A DNA stretch of 63,964 nt, filler included, from Octopus bimaculoides (lineage: Eukaryota): NCBI RefSeq assembly GCF_001194135.2. It is 4 parts of 3 records of this genome, joined end to end, with 100 filler letters (N's around TTAATTAATTAA, not from the genome) between each part and the next. Parts side by side here need not be neighbours in the genome. Positions count along the whole stretch, not along the records: positions 38,318 to 62,438 come from NC_068984.1; 3 more parts are not named here. The stretch is one strand, 5' to 3'. A program made the translations under genes and the position numbers. Positions 49,315 to 62,185 of the stretch are shown here, one piece after another; the first letter of the stretch is position 1; each line of letters opens with the position of its first letter. Below the pieces are notes generated by a model. That model was not told the DNA's origin. It ran no database searches and saw only the letters and a program-made list of their open reading frames with translations.

Positions 49315-50790
49315 GCGAGTCTTCCAAATGCTACAGATGCTTGTGAAATCCGTCTTTCATATCTTCTGAACCATTTTGTTCTAAAGTACCGAAATACACA
49401 TAGTCAATAACATTATCTACTTTAGAACCATCCAATGTGATAATTTCCTTGGGAGGTAGGTAGGATCTTGCATCTTACGTCAATCATTTTGATGTGTCCT
49501 ATTTTTATATTCTTCGTCAAACGTTTTAGTGTATATTTTCAGTTTGTCAAAGATCTTAGATATCGAGGTTCTGGTGTCATCAAATCAAACATCTTTGTAG
49601 AGGATATCAGTTAGTACCGGACTGTTATACATATATTTCATGAAAATTTCTAGAAAGATGTTGAAAAAGCTGTGGGATAGCAATCAATCTTCTCAGCTCC
49701 ATGAGAATTTGAAACCAATCCATCTGGTAACTATCCATGGTCCCTAAATTAATTGCTTTGACCACAGTATTCAGAATACTGTTGTATAGAGCAATTCAAA
49801 AATTCATACTGTCTTGGAATCTACTCCTGGTGTCATCTTTCATAGCGGCTTTCTATCAATTTATATCAAAAGTAGCAGGGAAGTCGATGAAGCTGAAGCG
49901 ATAAGGACATTCCGTAGAAGAGGATTCTCCCGATCACTTATCAAAGAAAAAAACTCCCTAATATTTTCACTAAATATATCAGTTCAATTGGTTTATGGAT
50001 CCAGTCTTTCAGTGTCTTTTTTATGATGAATATTAATTTCAAATTTTGGCACAAGGCCAGTAAGTTCGGAGGAAGGAATAAGTCGATGATATCATCCCCT
50101 GCACTCAGCTGATACGTATTTTATCTACGCCGAGAGGGTGAAGGGCGAAGTCGACTTCAGTGGAATTTGAACTCAGAACGTAAAGACAGGTGAAATGCCG
50201 CTAAACATTTTGCCCAGAGTGCTAACGTTTCTGCCTGCTCACCGACTTATTTTCAATGTTAAATATTATGTGCGATATATTAATGATAATCTTCTGCTTT
50301 GAGTACTGCAACAATGTTTCATAGCAGAGGCTTTACGGGTTTTCATTATTTCATAGCTTTTTTAACTTCTTTTCCTATTTTTGCCTGAGAATCCACTTTT
50401 CTGATATTATTTCTAAGTTGTTTGGGAATTTAATGTTAAGACGTTGTTCGAAATAATCATTGCATTATTGAAATACCTCGGCTGTATTTATATGTATGTT
50501 ATTGCCTTTATTCATGATTGCACTGAACGCCTTTTTCTGTCCTTTCCTTCCGTTTCACAGACGAACTTAAAAAGGTTAAGACTATTATTTATGTTCTAGA
50601 AGTTCTGTTTTGTCTTATACGCTTTAGTTCTTTTGCATTTTCACTGCTTTGTCCAGTTCTTTGTATCGTTCGGCTTTGACAATGTCGTTTCAGTTGTTCA
50701 ACATATACGTTCTAGCTCTTTGCCTTTGTTCACAACATGTCTATTTCTGATGGTAGACCCGTCATTTGTTTTCGAGTTGACAGTTCTGTT
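49315..50790 (-). mobile_element. decayed RTE-like LINE, interrupted by a family A SINE
   Basis: Minus-strand remnants: ERYKELDKAVK, degenerate RQGCLLSPTLFNIFLE-type motif, ITLDGSKVDNVIDYVYFGTL, RRISQASVAFGRL. Confidence 0.6.
50035..50250 (-). mobile_element. SINE family A copy
   Basis: TTTTGGCACAAGGCCAG..GGAATTTGAACTCAGAACGTAAAGAC. Confidence 0.85.
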
Positions 50791-51289
50791 ATTTTGTTAG
50801 TTATTATTACTTGGAAAGAAGTTTATATACAAACTTTCTTGTCTATATATATATATATATATATATACATATATATACTTTGTCTATATACATACGCAAA
50901 GCACATGATATACATACATACTTACATGTATGTATGTATGTATCTCTATCTACACATTCATATATATAGAGAGATAGAGAGAGAGAGAATGAGAGAAACT
51001 TTGCTTTAGCCTGTTATCGTGACCGAATTTCTTTCAGTAACAGAGAGATGGAAATCATATAAAATTCAACAGAATTACCTATCTGAAAAGCGAAGGACAG
51101 ACTATAAAAATCCTATTATTTCAGTAATCTCTATTTGAACATACAAGGAGAAACATTGCCCTCTAGACGTTTCTCTTTTTTTCTTTCTTCGTTTATGTTC
51201 AAGAGCCGTGTGTGTGTGTGTGTTGGCGCAGGAGTAGCTGTGTGGTAAGGATGATTTGGTTCACGGAAAGTGAAAAAAGCCACTCGTGT

Positions 51290-51473
51290 ATATATTTTTT
51301 CTTTTATTTCAGCCATTTGACTGCGACCATGCTGGAGCACCACCTTTAGTCGAACAAATCGACCCCAGAACTTATTCTTTGTAAGCGTAGTACTTATTCT
51401 ATCGTTCTCTTTTGCCTAACTGCTAAGTTACGGGGAAGTAAACACACCAACATCGGTTGTCAAGCGATGGTGG

Positions 51474-51521
<48 letters not shown>

Positions 51522-51760
51522 GAGAATATACAAATAATAACAACAGACGAGGACAGGTGGTGTAAATAACAAAAGTATATATTAGTATGACGCTCGGGAA
51601 TACGTTTATATATATACGACGGGCCTCTTTCAGTTTCCGTCTACCAAAACCACTCACAAGGCTTTGGTTAATCTGCGGCTATAGTAGAAGACACTTGCCC
51701 AATGTGCCACGCAGTGGGACTGAACCCGGAGCCATATGGTTGGGAAGCAACCACTCCTAT
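51290..51760 (-). mobile_element. SINE family B copy
   Basis: Reverse complement of both family B halves around a (TA)n tract. Confidence 0.88.
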
Positions 51761-51789
51761 ATAGGATATATCTTTATAAGATATATATA

Positions 51790-52420
51790 TATGGTGTAAC
51801 ATGTAAATTGGGACCATTCAAATATCTTTATTATTATTGGTATAACACCAGAAAAGCAAACACTGCAAATTTTATGTTTATACCAATTTATTGTAGGGTG
51901 TTAAGCATTTATTTCAGCTCAATTTGACTACCATTTGCTTTCTTTACCAGTTCAATCCGTTTACGAAATGATCCGCATGCCTTAACTATTTCTTCCTTTT
52001 ACATTTTACTGAATGCTCGCTTGATCGAAACCTTCAGTGAAGACACATGGTTGTGAGAAGTTGCAATAGATATTGCATCAGCTGTGCCGCTTAGGCAAAA
52101 ATTAGAGAAATTTAAATCTGGTGAACGAGAGAGCCAGATATATTTTGGGACAAGCATGGGCAATTCCTTCTTCAAAATTTCTTGCACTCTTTTCGAAAAA
52201 TGGGTGGCCACGGAGTCTTGTACAAATATGACTCGACTTACATCATAATGATTCCTAATCCAAGGCAACAAAACTTATTTTAAGATTTTGAGACACTCTG
52301 CTGTGTTGATTTTAAGACCCACTTCAATAAAATGGGTAGACATCAATTTCTCATCACCTTCAACAGCTCCAAAGACCATATCATTTTGTATACATGCACA
52401 CAAAGTTCGAACTTTATAGT
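51790..52420 (-). mobile_element. Tc1/mariner (maT-like) transposase 3' fragment
   Basis: VIFVQDSVATHFSKRVQEILKKEL..IWLSRSPDLNFSNF..NHVSSLKVSIKRAF resembles QQDSAPAH / WPPSSPDLNPLDY. Confidence 0.7.
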
Positions 52421-52453
52421 TATACATGCACACAAAGTTCGAAATTTATAGTT
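52385..52453. repeat. ~33-bp tandem duplication
   Basis: TATACATGCACACAAAGTTCGAA(C/A)TTTATAGTT twice. Confidence 0.9.
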
Positions 52454-54671
52454 AAAATGAGCAAAATAATAAAGTTCAATGATATACCGTGATTTAAAGT
52501 TCACAGGTATAAAGAAAATAAAAGAAAATGAGTAATGCTGACATCCACACCTAAATCCAAATAAAAGTCATGAAAAATGGAAAGGCGACATTACGTCGAA
52601 TCTAAGCACAACAAGTATTTTAGTGTGTTATCATTTGCATATAATGTGTCAGGTATTTCTTTCTGTGGGTGTGAAAGCTCAATACATTTAGAAGCAAAAC
52701 CATTACAATTGTCAATACTTACAAAGGATTCACGGTATTTCGGATTTGCTTAATAGCAAAAACACAATGAAGCATTATTCCTCGCACTTTATAGTTAGCT
52801 TGAGTGTATAACAGTTTTATAAATAGACGTTGTTACAATGATGGCATGAAATATGTGACGTATTGATGTAAATCTGATTATAGGCAACGTGTAACGCTTT
52901 TACTAGTGGTTCTTTATTGTTCCTATATAGCGTGGTAAGTTGGTAGAAATGTTAGAACAACTTGCGAGTTTTCTGCTGCTGCCTTTTGTACTGTGAATTC
53001 AAATCTTGTCGAGGTCATCTTTGCTTTTCATCTTTCTGATGTCGATTTAATCGATTATTGTGTCTTCTCGTATTGCTACTCAACATTTTGGGTGGGGTGA
53101 CACAAAGACCCAAACTCGCTGGGAACAGCAGAAGAGACAAGGTACAAACAGATGTGTTAATATGAAATTGTGCACACAGGAAATAGCAATAAAATAAGTT
53201 CGAAAAAATTTCCTGAATAGAAGGGACAGCCACCTGGGGCCAATTAAGGAATCTCCTAATTCAAAGACTACCTTGAATACCAAGGGAAAAGATCCTCTCT
53301 TAGCCATCATTCTCTGGCCTAGAGTAGGTCCAATTTTAGGGAAAAGATAATTCTGCAAAGTCATTGAATATTCCGATGTAAGGAAGCATCTTTCACAGGT
53401 GTAACGGTGGTCTTACAAGAGTTGCGGTGCTGGGTGAATGTTTCACAATTTTAGGGAAAGGTTAACTTTTTTCCAGGCATTGTACGTCCTAATTTTTTTG
53501 TCCCTTCAGTTATTATCCTAACTATAATGAATATATGTGTGTGAGACTATGTGTTTGTTTGGTCATCTAAATGTATCTTTTTATAGTGGTAGTTTATGTC
53601 ACTCTCCACCCTTAAAATATGTCAGTATAATTTCATCTGCCACATCAATCTAAGCGACATATCTGTTCTGACGAAATAATGAGAACCTTTAATGTTTCTG
53701 CACATAGAACTAAAGATTTACCACCAGTGGGTTTTTTACGGGTTGGATTTTCCGTAGGTATTCACTTGTACATAAATATAACGATACAGAGCTGTATTGT
53801 GAAGCATTTGTTCAACTCTGTCTGTCTGTCTGTATGTATGTATTTCTCTTCTATTTTTTTAATTATTATAAATCTTCCACTGAGGATGGAACCAGTTTCC
53901 AACAAAGATACAAGGCTCCATCTTTGGGATGTAGTTAACACAGACAAATTCACATTTGTATGTATGCATGTGTGCATATATGTGTCTGTATGTACATAAC
54001 TTGTGAAACAGCGAGTTAAAACTAGTCATGTCTCTTCTAATGTCATGCTAATGAGGAAAACTTTACACAGTCATTTAACATCACAATGTAGTCTAAAAAA
54101 AGAAAGGACATAATTGGATAATGTAGTCCTAGATATACAAGTCCTCTGGTACGATACAAAGCAGTCAAATAGAAAATAAATGCACCAGTATCAATATTTT
54201 ATGTTGCTGAGTCAGATGTGTAGAGTTCTGAAGTTCAAGCTTTTCTTAGGTAGAAAATACAAGCACAAGATTCACTAAAATGTGAAGTAATGACTAGAAT
54301 ATTAAATGAACTGATTTTGTCTTTGATAATAGCAAAAGAGTTGATTAACAAGTGACCTTTGAATTGTATGAAAACATGTACCTAATATATAAATTGCATT
54401 TTTTAACTATTGTCAATCTGAGACTTTTATGCATAGGTAAGAAAAGAAAAAAATATTATGTATTTGGGTGTTTCACATATTATAGTACTTAATTTGATTC
54501 ATAATACTTTTCTCTTTAACTCTTAGACCACTGACCTAAGTGTTAACAATGGACTTTGATATTTTTATGACTCCGAAAAGGAACTCACCAACTGTTGATT
54601 GGAATTTGCTGTTTGACCTTGAAACACCCAACCCAATTAGCAAGTAAATAGACTGCCTGAGAATTTCTTAA

Positions 54672-54735
54672 CCGCCCACGTTCGGACAAAAAAAATTACA
54701 CTTGAAGCGCCTGCTTTGTCAGTGACGTCACTTCC
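54672..54735. promoter_or_regulatory. candidate promoter: GC box plus overlapping CRE/ETS motif
   Basis: CCGCCC at 54672-54677; TGACGTCACTTCC at 54723-54735 (perfect CRE palindrome fused to a GGAA ETS core). Confidence 0.4.
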
Positions 54736-54803
54736 TCTTTCACATCACTCTAACGTCCCATATCACTCTCCATGCATCACCCACTCTGCCATTCTATACT
54801 TAC

Positions 54804-54923
54804 AGACTCCATAACCAAAGGTAGAGTCATCTCCACACCACGTACAAAGCCATGTTTTGCTTCATTGAGTTCAACCATGAGATCAGCTTTTTCTTTTTTC
54901 CATTCTTCACTGTTGCTAATTAA
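54804..54923 (-). CDS. CCDC33: CCDC33-like exon
   Basis: Acceptor TTTGTTTTATCAG; LISNSEEWKKEKADLMVELNEAKHGFVRGVEMTLPLVMES resembles human [27 protein letters not shown] (from memory); phase-0 donor GTAAGT at 54803; if unspliced, stop at 54777. Confidence 0.75.
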
Positions 54924-56179
54924 CTGATAAAACAAAGACAGAAAATCTAAGATTAGCATGAAATTTCTAAAAATAAACAAGAGGAAGGAATTCGACTAAT
55001 CATATATGGTTTCAAGTTTGGTTATAGTGATTTTATTCTTTATTCTTTTTATAAATTCAAAGTCATGCTTCAGAACAAAATTGACAAATAAATTATGAAA
55101 TTATATGTCACAAAATAAAAAAAATTATTGGTAATCTGAATATAAATGCTAAGTTACCAAACCTTTTAACCCTAATTTGATAAGATAATCCTTGATCATA
55201 ACGATGCTTTGCAACAGGGATCTTTTCATCAATGGCATATTATTGGTTTTGCTATATTAAGATACTATATGATATGTACCCAATATAAGGTATCATTGAT
55301 ACCTTATATTTGGTCAATCAATAAAATCAAAGCATGTCCTCTCAATTTTTGCAATTATTACTAGGATATGTGACAAAATAAAATGAATCTTTTAAGCAAT
55401 TTCTTTTGCTCACAGTTAGTAGGATAAAAAGTATGCTATGACAATTTCTATCATAAATTTTTTGTTCCCAAATTTTGACTGTCGTGTCATTTTATTTATT
55501 TTGTATCATCAAATACACTACTCTCACATATTCTCCAAATAAATAGATCGTGGTTAAATCAGGAAATGGTGAAACCGGTGATAGGAAACATTGATGACAA
55601 GTAAGTTTGCAGATGAGCTAGAAGTGCTGCACTTTATGGTCTAAAACAGGCATTTTAGAGACAAAGATAATCTGATTTGTTACATGTGCTAAAGAGCATG
55701 CAATAATATTCCAAGAAGTTTAGTACAATTTATGATAGTAACAGCAATCTATGTTGCTGGTTAATGGTTCAGTTATTGCTTAAATTTAGGTTTTAAGCAG
55801 GTCTAATGAACTAGATGGTCACAGTTGGAAAGCCGCAGTTTCATCAAAATTTCTTTTCACATGTACATCACTTTTTAGTACATGCATAAAAAAAAAATTT
55901 AATTGGTTTCTTTACTATTCTAAACAGTTTTCTGTATCAGATCATACAGTGCTGGATATTTGATGATTTCATGGGAGTATAGAGTCCAACATTTTGAATT
56001 TCTGTCTTTCATTGGAGAATGAAAAAGAAAGTGAGAAATCATGCTGTGTGGGATAGTAGTAAGTCAATAAAGGAAGACCGAGAGTGGAGTAGTGTGAGAG
56101 AGTTAGCAGTCTTGGTAAGAGTGTGGGTGTGAGGAAACTAAGAGCAGAAGAATTCAGGTAAAAGTAAAGAGGGATTAAC

Positions 56180-56287
56180 CTGTTCCTCAAGAGCTGCAAT
56201 CTTCAGTTCATTTTCTTTTATGATGTCATACAATTCAAATTTCTCTTGATCTGCTGACTTTGATAACAATTCTTGATTCAGTTGATC
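56180..56287 (-). CDS. CCDC33: CCDC33-like exon
   Basis: Acceptor TTCTATTTCCAG, donor CAG|GTTAAT, 108 nt phase 0-0; DQLNQELLSKSADQEKFELYDIIKENELKIAALEEQ. Confidence 0.8.
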
Positions 56288-56726
56288 CTGGAAATAGAAT
56301 AAATACTAAAGTTTCTCTCAGTCAACTGAATGATTTATACTTGATATGATGTAATTCTTTGTTTCTTTTTATGGTTTCAATCATTGAATAGTGGTCAAGC
56401 TGGGGCACTACCACTTAGTCATATCAAGTCTAGTTTTCATTTCAGTTTGTTACTTGTTTTGTCAATCTTTGTCTATCAGGCAGCTAAATTTTACATTTTT
56501 TGCAAAAAAGGGTATAACTTGCTGCATCAATTTTACACACACACATATACTTGAATACACTTACACACATACATATATAAACAATTATGGGCTTTTGTGT
56601 AGTTTTCCTCTTCTGGTGCCTAAGGGGACAGTAGGTGGGGTGGTAGAGAAAAAGGAGGCATTTGGAGGAAGGCAGTGGATTGGGAGACACTATCATCATC
56701 ATCATAATCATCATCATCCTCATCAT

Positions 56727-57040
56727 TTAACGTCCGCTTTCCATGCTAGCATGGGTTGGACGATTTGACTGAGGACTGGTGAAACCGGATGTCAACACCA
56801 GCCTCCAATCTGATTTGGCAGAGTTTCTACAGCTGGATGCCCTTCCTAACACCAACCACTCAGAGAGTGTAGTGGGTGCTTTTACGTGTCACCTGCACGA
56901 AGGCCAGTCAGGCGGTACTGGCAACAGCCACGCTCAAAATGGTGTATTTTATGTGCCACCTGCACAGGAGCCAGTCCAGGGGCACTGGCAACGATCTCGC
57001 TCAAAAATCCTACGTAGGCCAGTCAGGCGGTACTGGCGAA
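56727..57040 (-). mobile_element. SINE family D with (GAT)n tail
   Basis: Contains the reverse complement of GGTTGGTGTTAGGAAGGGCATCCAGCTGTAGAAAC; near-identical copy at 62306-62438. Confidence 0.85.
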
Positions 57041-57733
57041 TCTATTATAATATTATTATAGTATTGTATACAAATTATATAATATTATATTAAATATCAA
57101 ATGATTCATAGTATATATAAATTAGTAAAATATAAAATATTTATTTATACATAAAAATAGGGGTGGGGGCACTGAGGGTATTATGTGGCTATGAGGGGAG
57201 GAGGTAGCCCAAAAAGTTTGAGAACCTCTGCTGTAAAGGATGAATGATATTTTTGCCATTGTTATTGCTTAATACTAGTGCAGCCTGATCAAGTAGACCA
57301 GTTATCTCATGCATTTCAAATGAGACATTTTTTCACTTTTTTCAAGGTGAATTATGTGAGATTTAGATACTATAATTAGCAGTTAAGCAACCATGTAAGA
57401 ATTCTCATTAGCTTGAGTTGTATAAATAAAAATTTTTTAAATGGTTCTTCACTGAAAGGAAAGGAGGTATTCCCTGGTGGCAAAAAAACAACAACATCAG
57501 ATATTCATATTTGAATCTTCCAGAAAATACCAAAAATGAATAAACTGATCCTTCGTTTCGCTCCTAAATAGCCTTGAAATATATAGAGTGATGTGTTGTT
57601 TTCTTAATGGCAACAAACATAATTGGTTCCAGAAATTTTTGTTTTCATCATCATGTACTCAGGAGACTAACATCATTATCTTACATATTCTTGGGGATGA
57701 AAAGTCGGATGGGGCACAAAGCCTTTTACCTAC

Positions 57734-57810
57734 CCGGAGTTTATCACATTCTTCAGCTAACTGTTTATTTCTCAACTTCAATGAACTACTCTGTCGCAGT
57801 TTTTCGTTGC
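57734..57810 (-). CDS. CCDC33: CCDC33-like exon
   Basis: Acceptor TTCTTTCAATTGCAG, donor CGG|GTAGGT, phase 1 to 0; NEKLRQSSSLKLRNKQLAEECDKLR; phases match both neighbours. Confidence 0.75.
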
Positions 57811-58811
57811 CTGCAATTGAAAGAACATTAATTTCTGTTAAGATTTCACCATGACCATTACCACCTTCAGTTATTAGTACCATCACCATTGCCACAACTA
57901 CTACTACTACTATCACCAAAAGTACAACTTATTGCAGAACTTCGTAAGAACAGTTATTTCACTAAATTTATTTCAATGGAAAGACTACACTAGTGAAGTT
58001 GTTATGTAATTTCCAAGACATAAAAGGAATGAGAAATACCACCCGCCGTGATTAAGTGGGTGTGATTATCTGGGATGGGTTGGTGGCTTTGTTCTAAATG
58101 CTGAGTGATTGAAGTACGATAGAGAGACAAGCACAGGTGTCTTGCTCTTTACTTACAATGGCCCTAAATTTAACCTTATAAATGCCATTTCCTTGTTATG
58201 TCTGATAAGCGAAGTCTTTAAATGTTGATTTAACTTTTTCTGAATATTCAAAGGATGTTACAAACTAAGCTTCACTGAGGAAGATTGATTAGATCAAAAC
58301 ATTTCTAGAGTTGTTACTATAACTACCAAAAATTAGATACACTACTCCTGACTCTAAAATATTTAAACTGAAATTTTGGAGTCCTCTCCCTTGGCTCCTC
58401 TGAGAATAATTTTCATTAACACTTGTGAAGTTTCTTCTCTTTATAGTTATAATCCAAATCCATTTAAAATTATTTCTGGCTCACAGCAATACATATGATA
58501 GTGTCCACTGAAATATATGGTTTCATGCAAAGAATATTTTGGAATATTTTCATTTGTCATTTGAGATCTAATGATCCACCAATATTTGTTAAGTCTACTT
58601 TTGAATTCGTTCACAAACTTCTACTCAACAGTCTCCATCAGCAATTTAGTAAAATTTCAATGGACTTTGATGGAAGTTTGATTATTTGAAAAATTTGTTG
58701 CAAGACATATAAGATAACTTATTGCAGCTGATCTCTTGTTAGTGAATGTTAAATTTCTAAAATACAATTTCCATTAGCATTAGTAATGTCATCTTGATGC
58801 TAGAAAGGGAA

Positions 58812-58975
58812 ATTTGGAAGGGGATCCAGCCATAAAAACCCTGTCAAAACACACATAGGAGACCAACATAATACTTAGACTAGTAAGATGCTTTTGAACT
58901 ATCTATCTAACCATACCAGCATGGAAAAAAAAAAACCAATACTATCATGGAATATGGATGTTAAGAGATGATAAT
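58812..58975 (+). mobile_element. diverged SINE family D
   Basis: GGAAGGGGATCCAGCCATAAAAAC..ACCATACCAGCATGGAAAA. Confidence 0.55.
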
Positions 58976-59198
58976 GAGGATAAATGAGGCTGACTTTAAT
59001 ATCATTTCATAGCTATACATCAATATTCTCACACAATCTGTAAAGCAATCAAAGCACAGCAAGGTGCTTAAATCTGTCCTTATATGTCTGATCCTTTAAA
59101 ATTCTATTCATTTTAGAGAATGTTTTTTCTCTTTGCACATTTTCTACAAGAATTTTGAAGTTGCCTATTAACTTGCTAAACTATTTGTCTTCTAAAAT

Positions 59199-59514
59199 CA
59201 GTGGTTCTCAACCAGGTCCATATGAACCCCTGGAAGTCCACATAAGATTTTGTGGGGTCCAAGCAAGCAAAATATTAAATTGGAAACTTGCAGTAGCATA
59301 TTAAGGGTCCATGGAAAAGTATTTATTGAGAGAAACAGCAAGATTTCTTTCTGTTCTACACAAGTTAATGTGTAAAAAGCAAAATAGGAATTTTGAAAGC
59401 AGTCTCTATAAAACTAGATTTTAAGCATGGAATGGCTATGGGGGTGGGGCCACCAGAGTAAAGTAGTAATGAAAAGGGTCTGTAGGTGAAAAAAAAAATG
59501 GTTGAGAACCAATT
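59199..59514. mobile_element. hAT (Charlie-like) MITE
   Basis: TIRs CAGTGGTTCTCAACC (59199) and GGTTGAGAACCA (59500); no clean 8-bp TSD. Confidence 0.7.
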
Positions 59515-59602
59515 TTGAATGCTTTTGCTTTGCTCTGGGCAACTGTGACCTTATTTATTAATTGCTGTCATTTCAAAATCACATGTAAAGGTGGCCAGGT
59601 GG

Positions 59603-59644
<42 letters not shown>

Positions 59645-61035
59645 CTTCTTCTTCTTCCCCCTCCTTTCTCTCTCTAATCCTATATGTACATAATAAAATT
59701 AGAAAAAGAGTTTTCTTGGTGTGATAGCACTTCAAAAATGTATTTTAACTTTGCTTGTTTGTTTTTTCTTTTTTTGCCTGTTTTTGAATGTCAGGTATGT
59801 GTGTGAAAATGTGGTGTAAAAGTAAAGAGGTTTGGGAACTTTCCAATACCAAGTCAATGAGAAGTCAAAAAAAAAAAAATAGAGGGAAGAAGAAAAAGGA
59901 CATAAACATGATTTTATATAATGTCATAAGAGAAAAATCTGTAACTAAACAACATAATACAATAATATTCATGCAGAAGAAAAAAATGGAAACAGTGCTA
60001 TTTCTATATTGTTACTTCCACTTAGTATGAAGTAATGTAGCTAGCAGGTCTATAGTGACTGCCATGAAAATTCTTACTGATTGACTGCTAAAGAATAGAA
60101 ATAATCTAAATGACCTAAGACATATATATTATGTTGTAGTATAATTAATTACAGAAGTGAGCTGGAGGTAACCTTGAGGATAATAAGTAGACCTGCCAAT
60201 GTTATTCTTACCTTGGCAACAGTTAAGTCTCTAACAGAGATTGTGAAGTTGAATTAATCATAGAAAAATTTATGTTGGTTACTGCCACAAACTTACAAAA
60301 AGGATTGTTAATTGTTTTACTTCTGTTAACTCCGTTTCCTCTTTTTATATCACATCACAGCTAACTGAACTGGATCACACTGACTGTATTTATTGTAGCT
60401 TAGCCACTGATCAGCCATGATAAGACAGACCAGTAGATCAAAAGCATTCTAACTATAACCATCCATTGTTTAATGTGTCTTTCTCTTTACTATTTAGTAT
60501 TCAGATTACCCTGTCGAATGTGATGTTTATTTATTCACATTGTTTTGAATTAATCATGCACTATTTCATAGCTTTGCAAATTCAATGATGTGAATGTTTA
60601 TTATTAAAATGACATTGGAGGGTAGATGTGAGAGGACTGATCTGGTCAGTTTGTACATAAAGCAAGTAAAATATTAGGGTCTGATATGTCTGGTTTAAAT
60701 ACTAAAGGGTTAAATGTCAGGATGTGATAAGAGAAAGATTTGACTGTTATTTCTAACAAATTGTGTGATCCCAATGAGGCTCCCCTCAAATGCATACATT
60801 GGTTGTTGTTGCTCTTCATCCCCATAACCAATCTATCTTTATTTCAGCATATTTAGGATTATATTATCTAATGCATCTCTTTTGTTGTCAGTACAAGGGA
60901 AATTTGGCTGTTGTTTCTAGTAAGTCAAGCAACCACATATACACTTTCATTGGCTCATGCTGTTGTCGGTGGTGTTGGTGGTGGTTGTCAAGGAAATAAA
61001 AGCAAGTCAGTTAAAAGCAATAAGAATCTACATAC

Positions 61036-61222
61036 AAAGCTTTGATGCTGTAATTTGGTTTTCTATCTTATTCTGAAGACATTCTATGACTTTCTCTTGT
61101 TTAACACAAACATCTTCCAAACCATAAATTTTCTTAGTTTTCTCCTGTAATCGTTGAATTAGATTTTGCTGATTTTTATGAGCTTCAGAAAGTCTAAGAT
61201 AATATTTTTCTTGGTCATTTTT
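61036..61222 (-). CDS. CCDC33: CCDC33-like exon (coiled coil)
   Basis: Acceptor TATTTATTGCAG, donor T|GTATGT; KNDQEKYYLRLSEAHKNQQNLIQRLQEKTKKIYGLEDVCVKQEKVIECLQNKIENQ resembles human [40 protein letters not shown] (from memory). Confidence 0.85.
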
Positions 61223-61504
61223 CTGCAATAAATAAATACAAGAAATATATAAATCAAAACTTTCAAAATTATTTTGTTTCCATTTTCTAATTGTTTCAAC
61301 ATTCACATGATCTCGACACATCTTTCTGCATCACCTGCTTTCTATAATGTGTGTCTCAGAGTTAAATGCACTATCATTAAGGTAAGTACACAGAGCCTGA
61401 GCCAAAAAGGAAAATCTCTTTGCTGCCATGTAACTTTATAAAAATAGCAGCTAAATCTCTCTTCATCCACATCCACCCATCTAAAACAATGAAGATACAT
61501 TTAC

Positions 61505-61918
61505 TTTTTTACTCCTTTACCTGTGTCAGTCATTTGACTGTGGCCATGCTGGAGCACCACCTTTAGTCAAGCAAATCGACCCCAGGACTTATTCTTTGTA
61601 AGACTAGTACTTATTCTATCATTCTCTTTTGCCGAACCGCTAAATTACGGGGACATAAACACACCAGCATCGGTTGTCAAGCGATGTTGGGGGGACAAAC
61701 ACAGACACACAAACATATACACACACATACACACATATACATAGATGTATACATATATATGACGGGCTTCTTTCAGTTTCCATCTACCAAATCCACTCAC
61801 AAGGCTTTGGTCGGCTTGAGGCTATAGTAGAAGACACTTGCCCAAGGTGCCACACAGTGGGACTGAAACCAGAACCATGTGGTTTGTAAGCAAGCTACTT
61901 ACCACACAGCCACTCCTG
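61505..61918 (-). mobile_element. SINE family B, full length
   Basis: Ends CTTACCACACAGCCACTCCTG, the reverse complement of the head. Confidence 0.92.
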
Positions 61919-62185
61919 TTAATGTATTCTGCAGAATTTGAGGACAGAACTGTTTTTGTTGAATAGAAAAGTATTTTTGAAGCAATTTTTCAAGCTGAAT
62001 CCAGATATGCTATTCATTCTCACCAATCACATCAGGATATTTGTATACACACTTCCTTGATTTATCACAAATATATAGTTTTCATTCATTTTATGCCCTG
62101 GTCTGACTTTGGAGCAGAGGGCCAAAATGTGAAAAAAGCTTCATTATCACCCTTCTCTTGCAAAAAGTATAATAAAATTATGAAT

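Noticed and set aside
53015-53364. Two overlapping minus-strand ORFs of 72 and 94 aa
   Set aside because: No recognisable family, no convincing splice sites, and the 3' end runs into a SINE
58275-58305. CTGAGGA..GATTGATTAGATC-AAAAC hammerhead-like core (similar cases at 53878, 14908 and 4225)
   Set aside because: The conserved GAAA is absent and stems I and III do not form
58140-60260. Other minus-strand candidate CCDC33 exons (58154-58236 and a 19-nt piece at ~60211)
   Set aside because: They create stops when joined in phase 1; exon 57734-57810 already links the neighbouring exons
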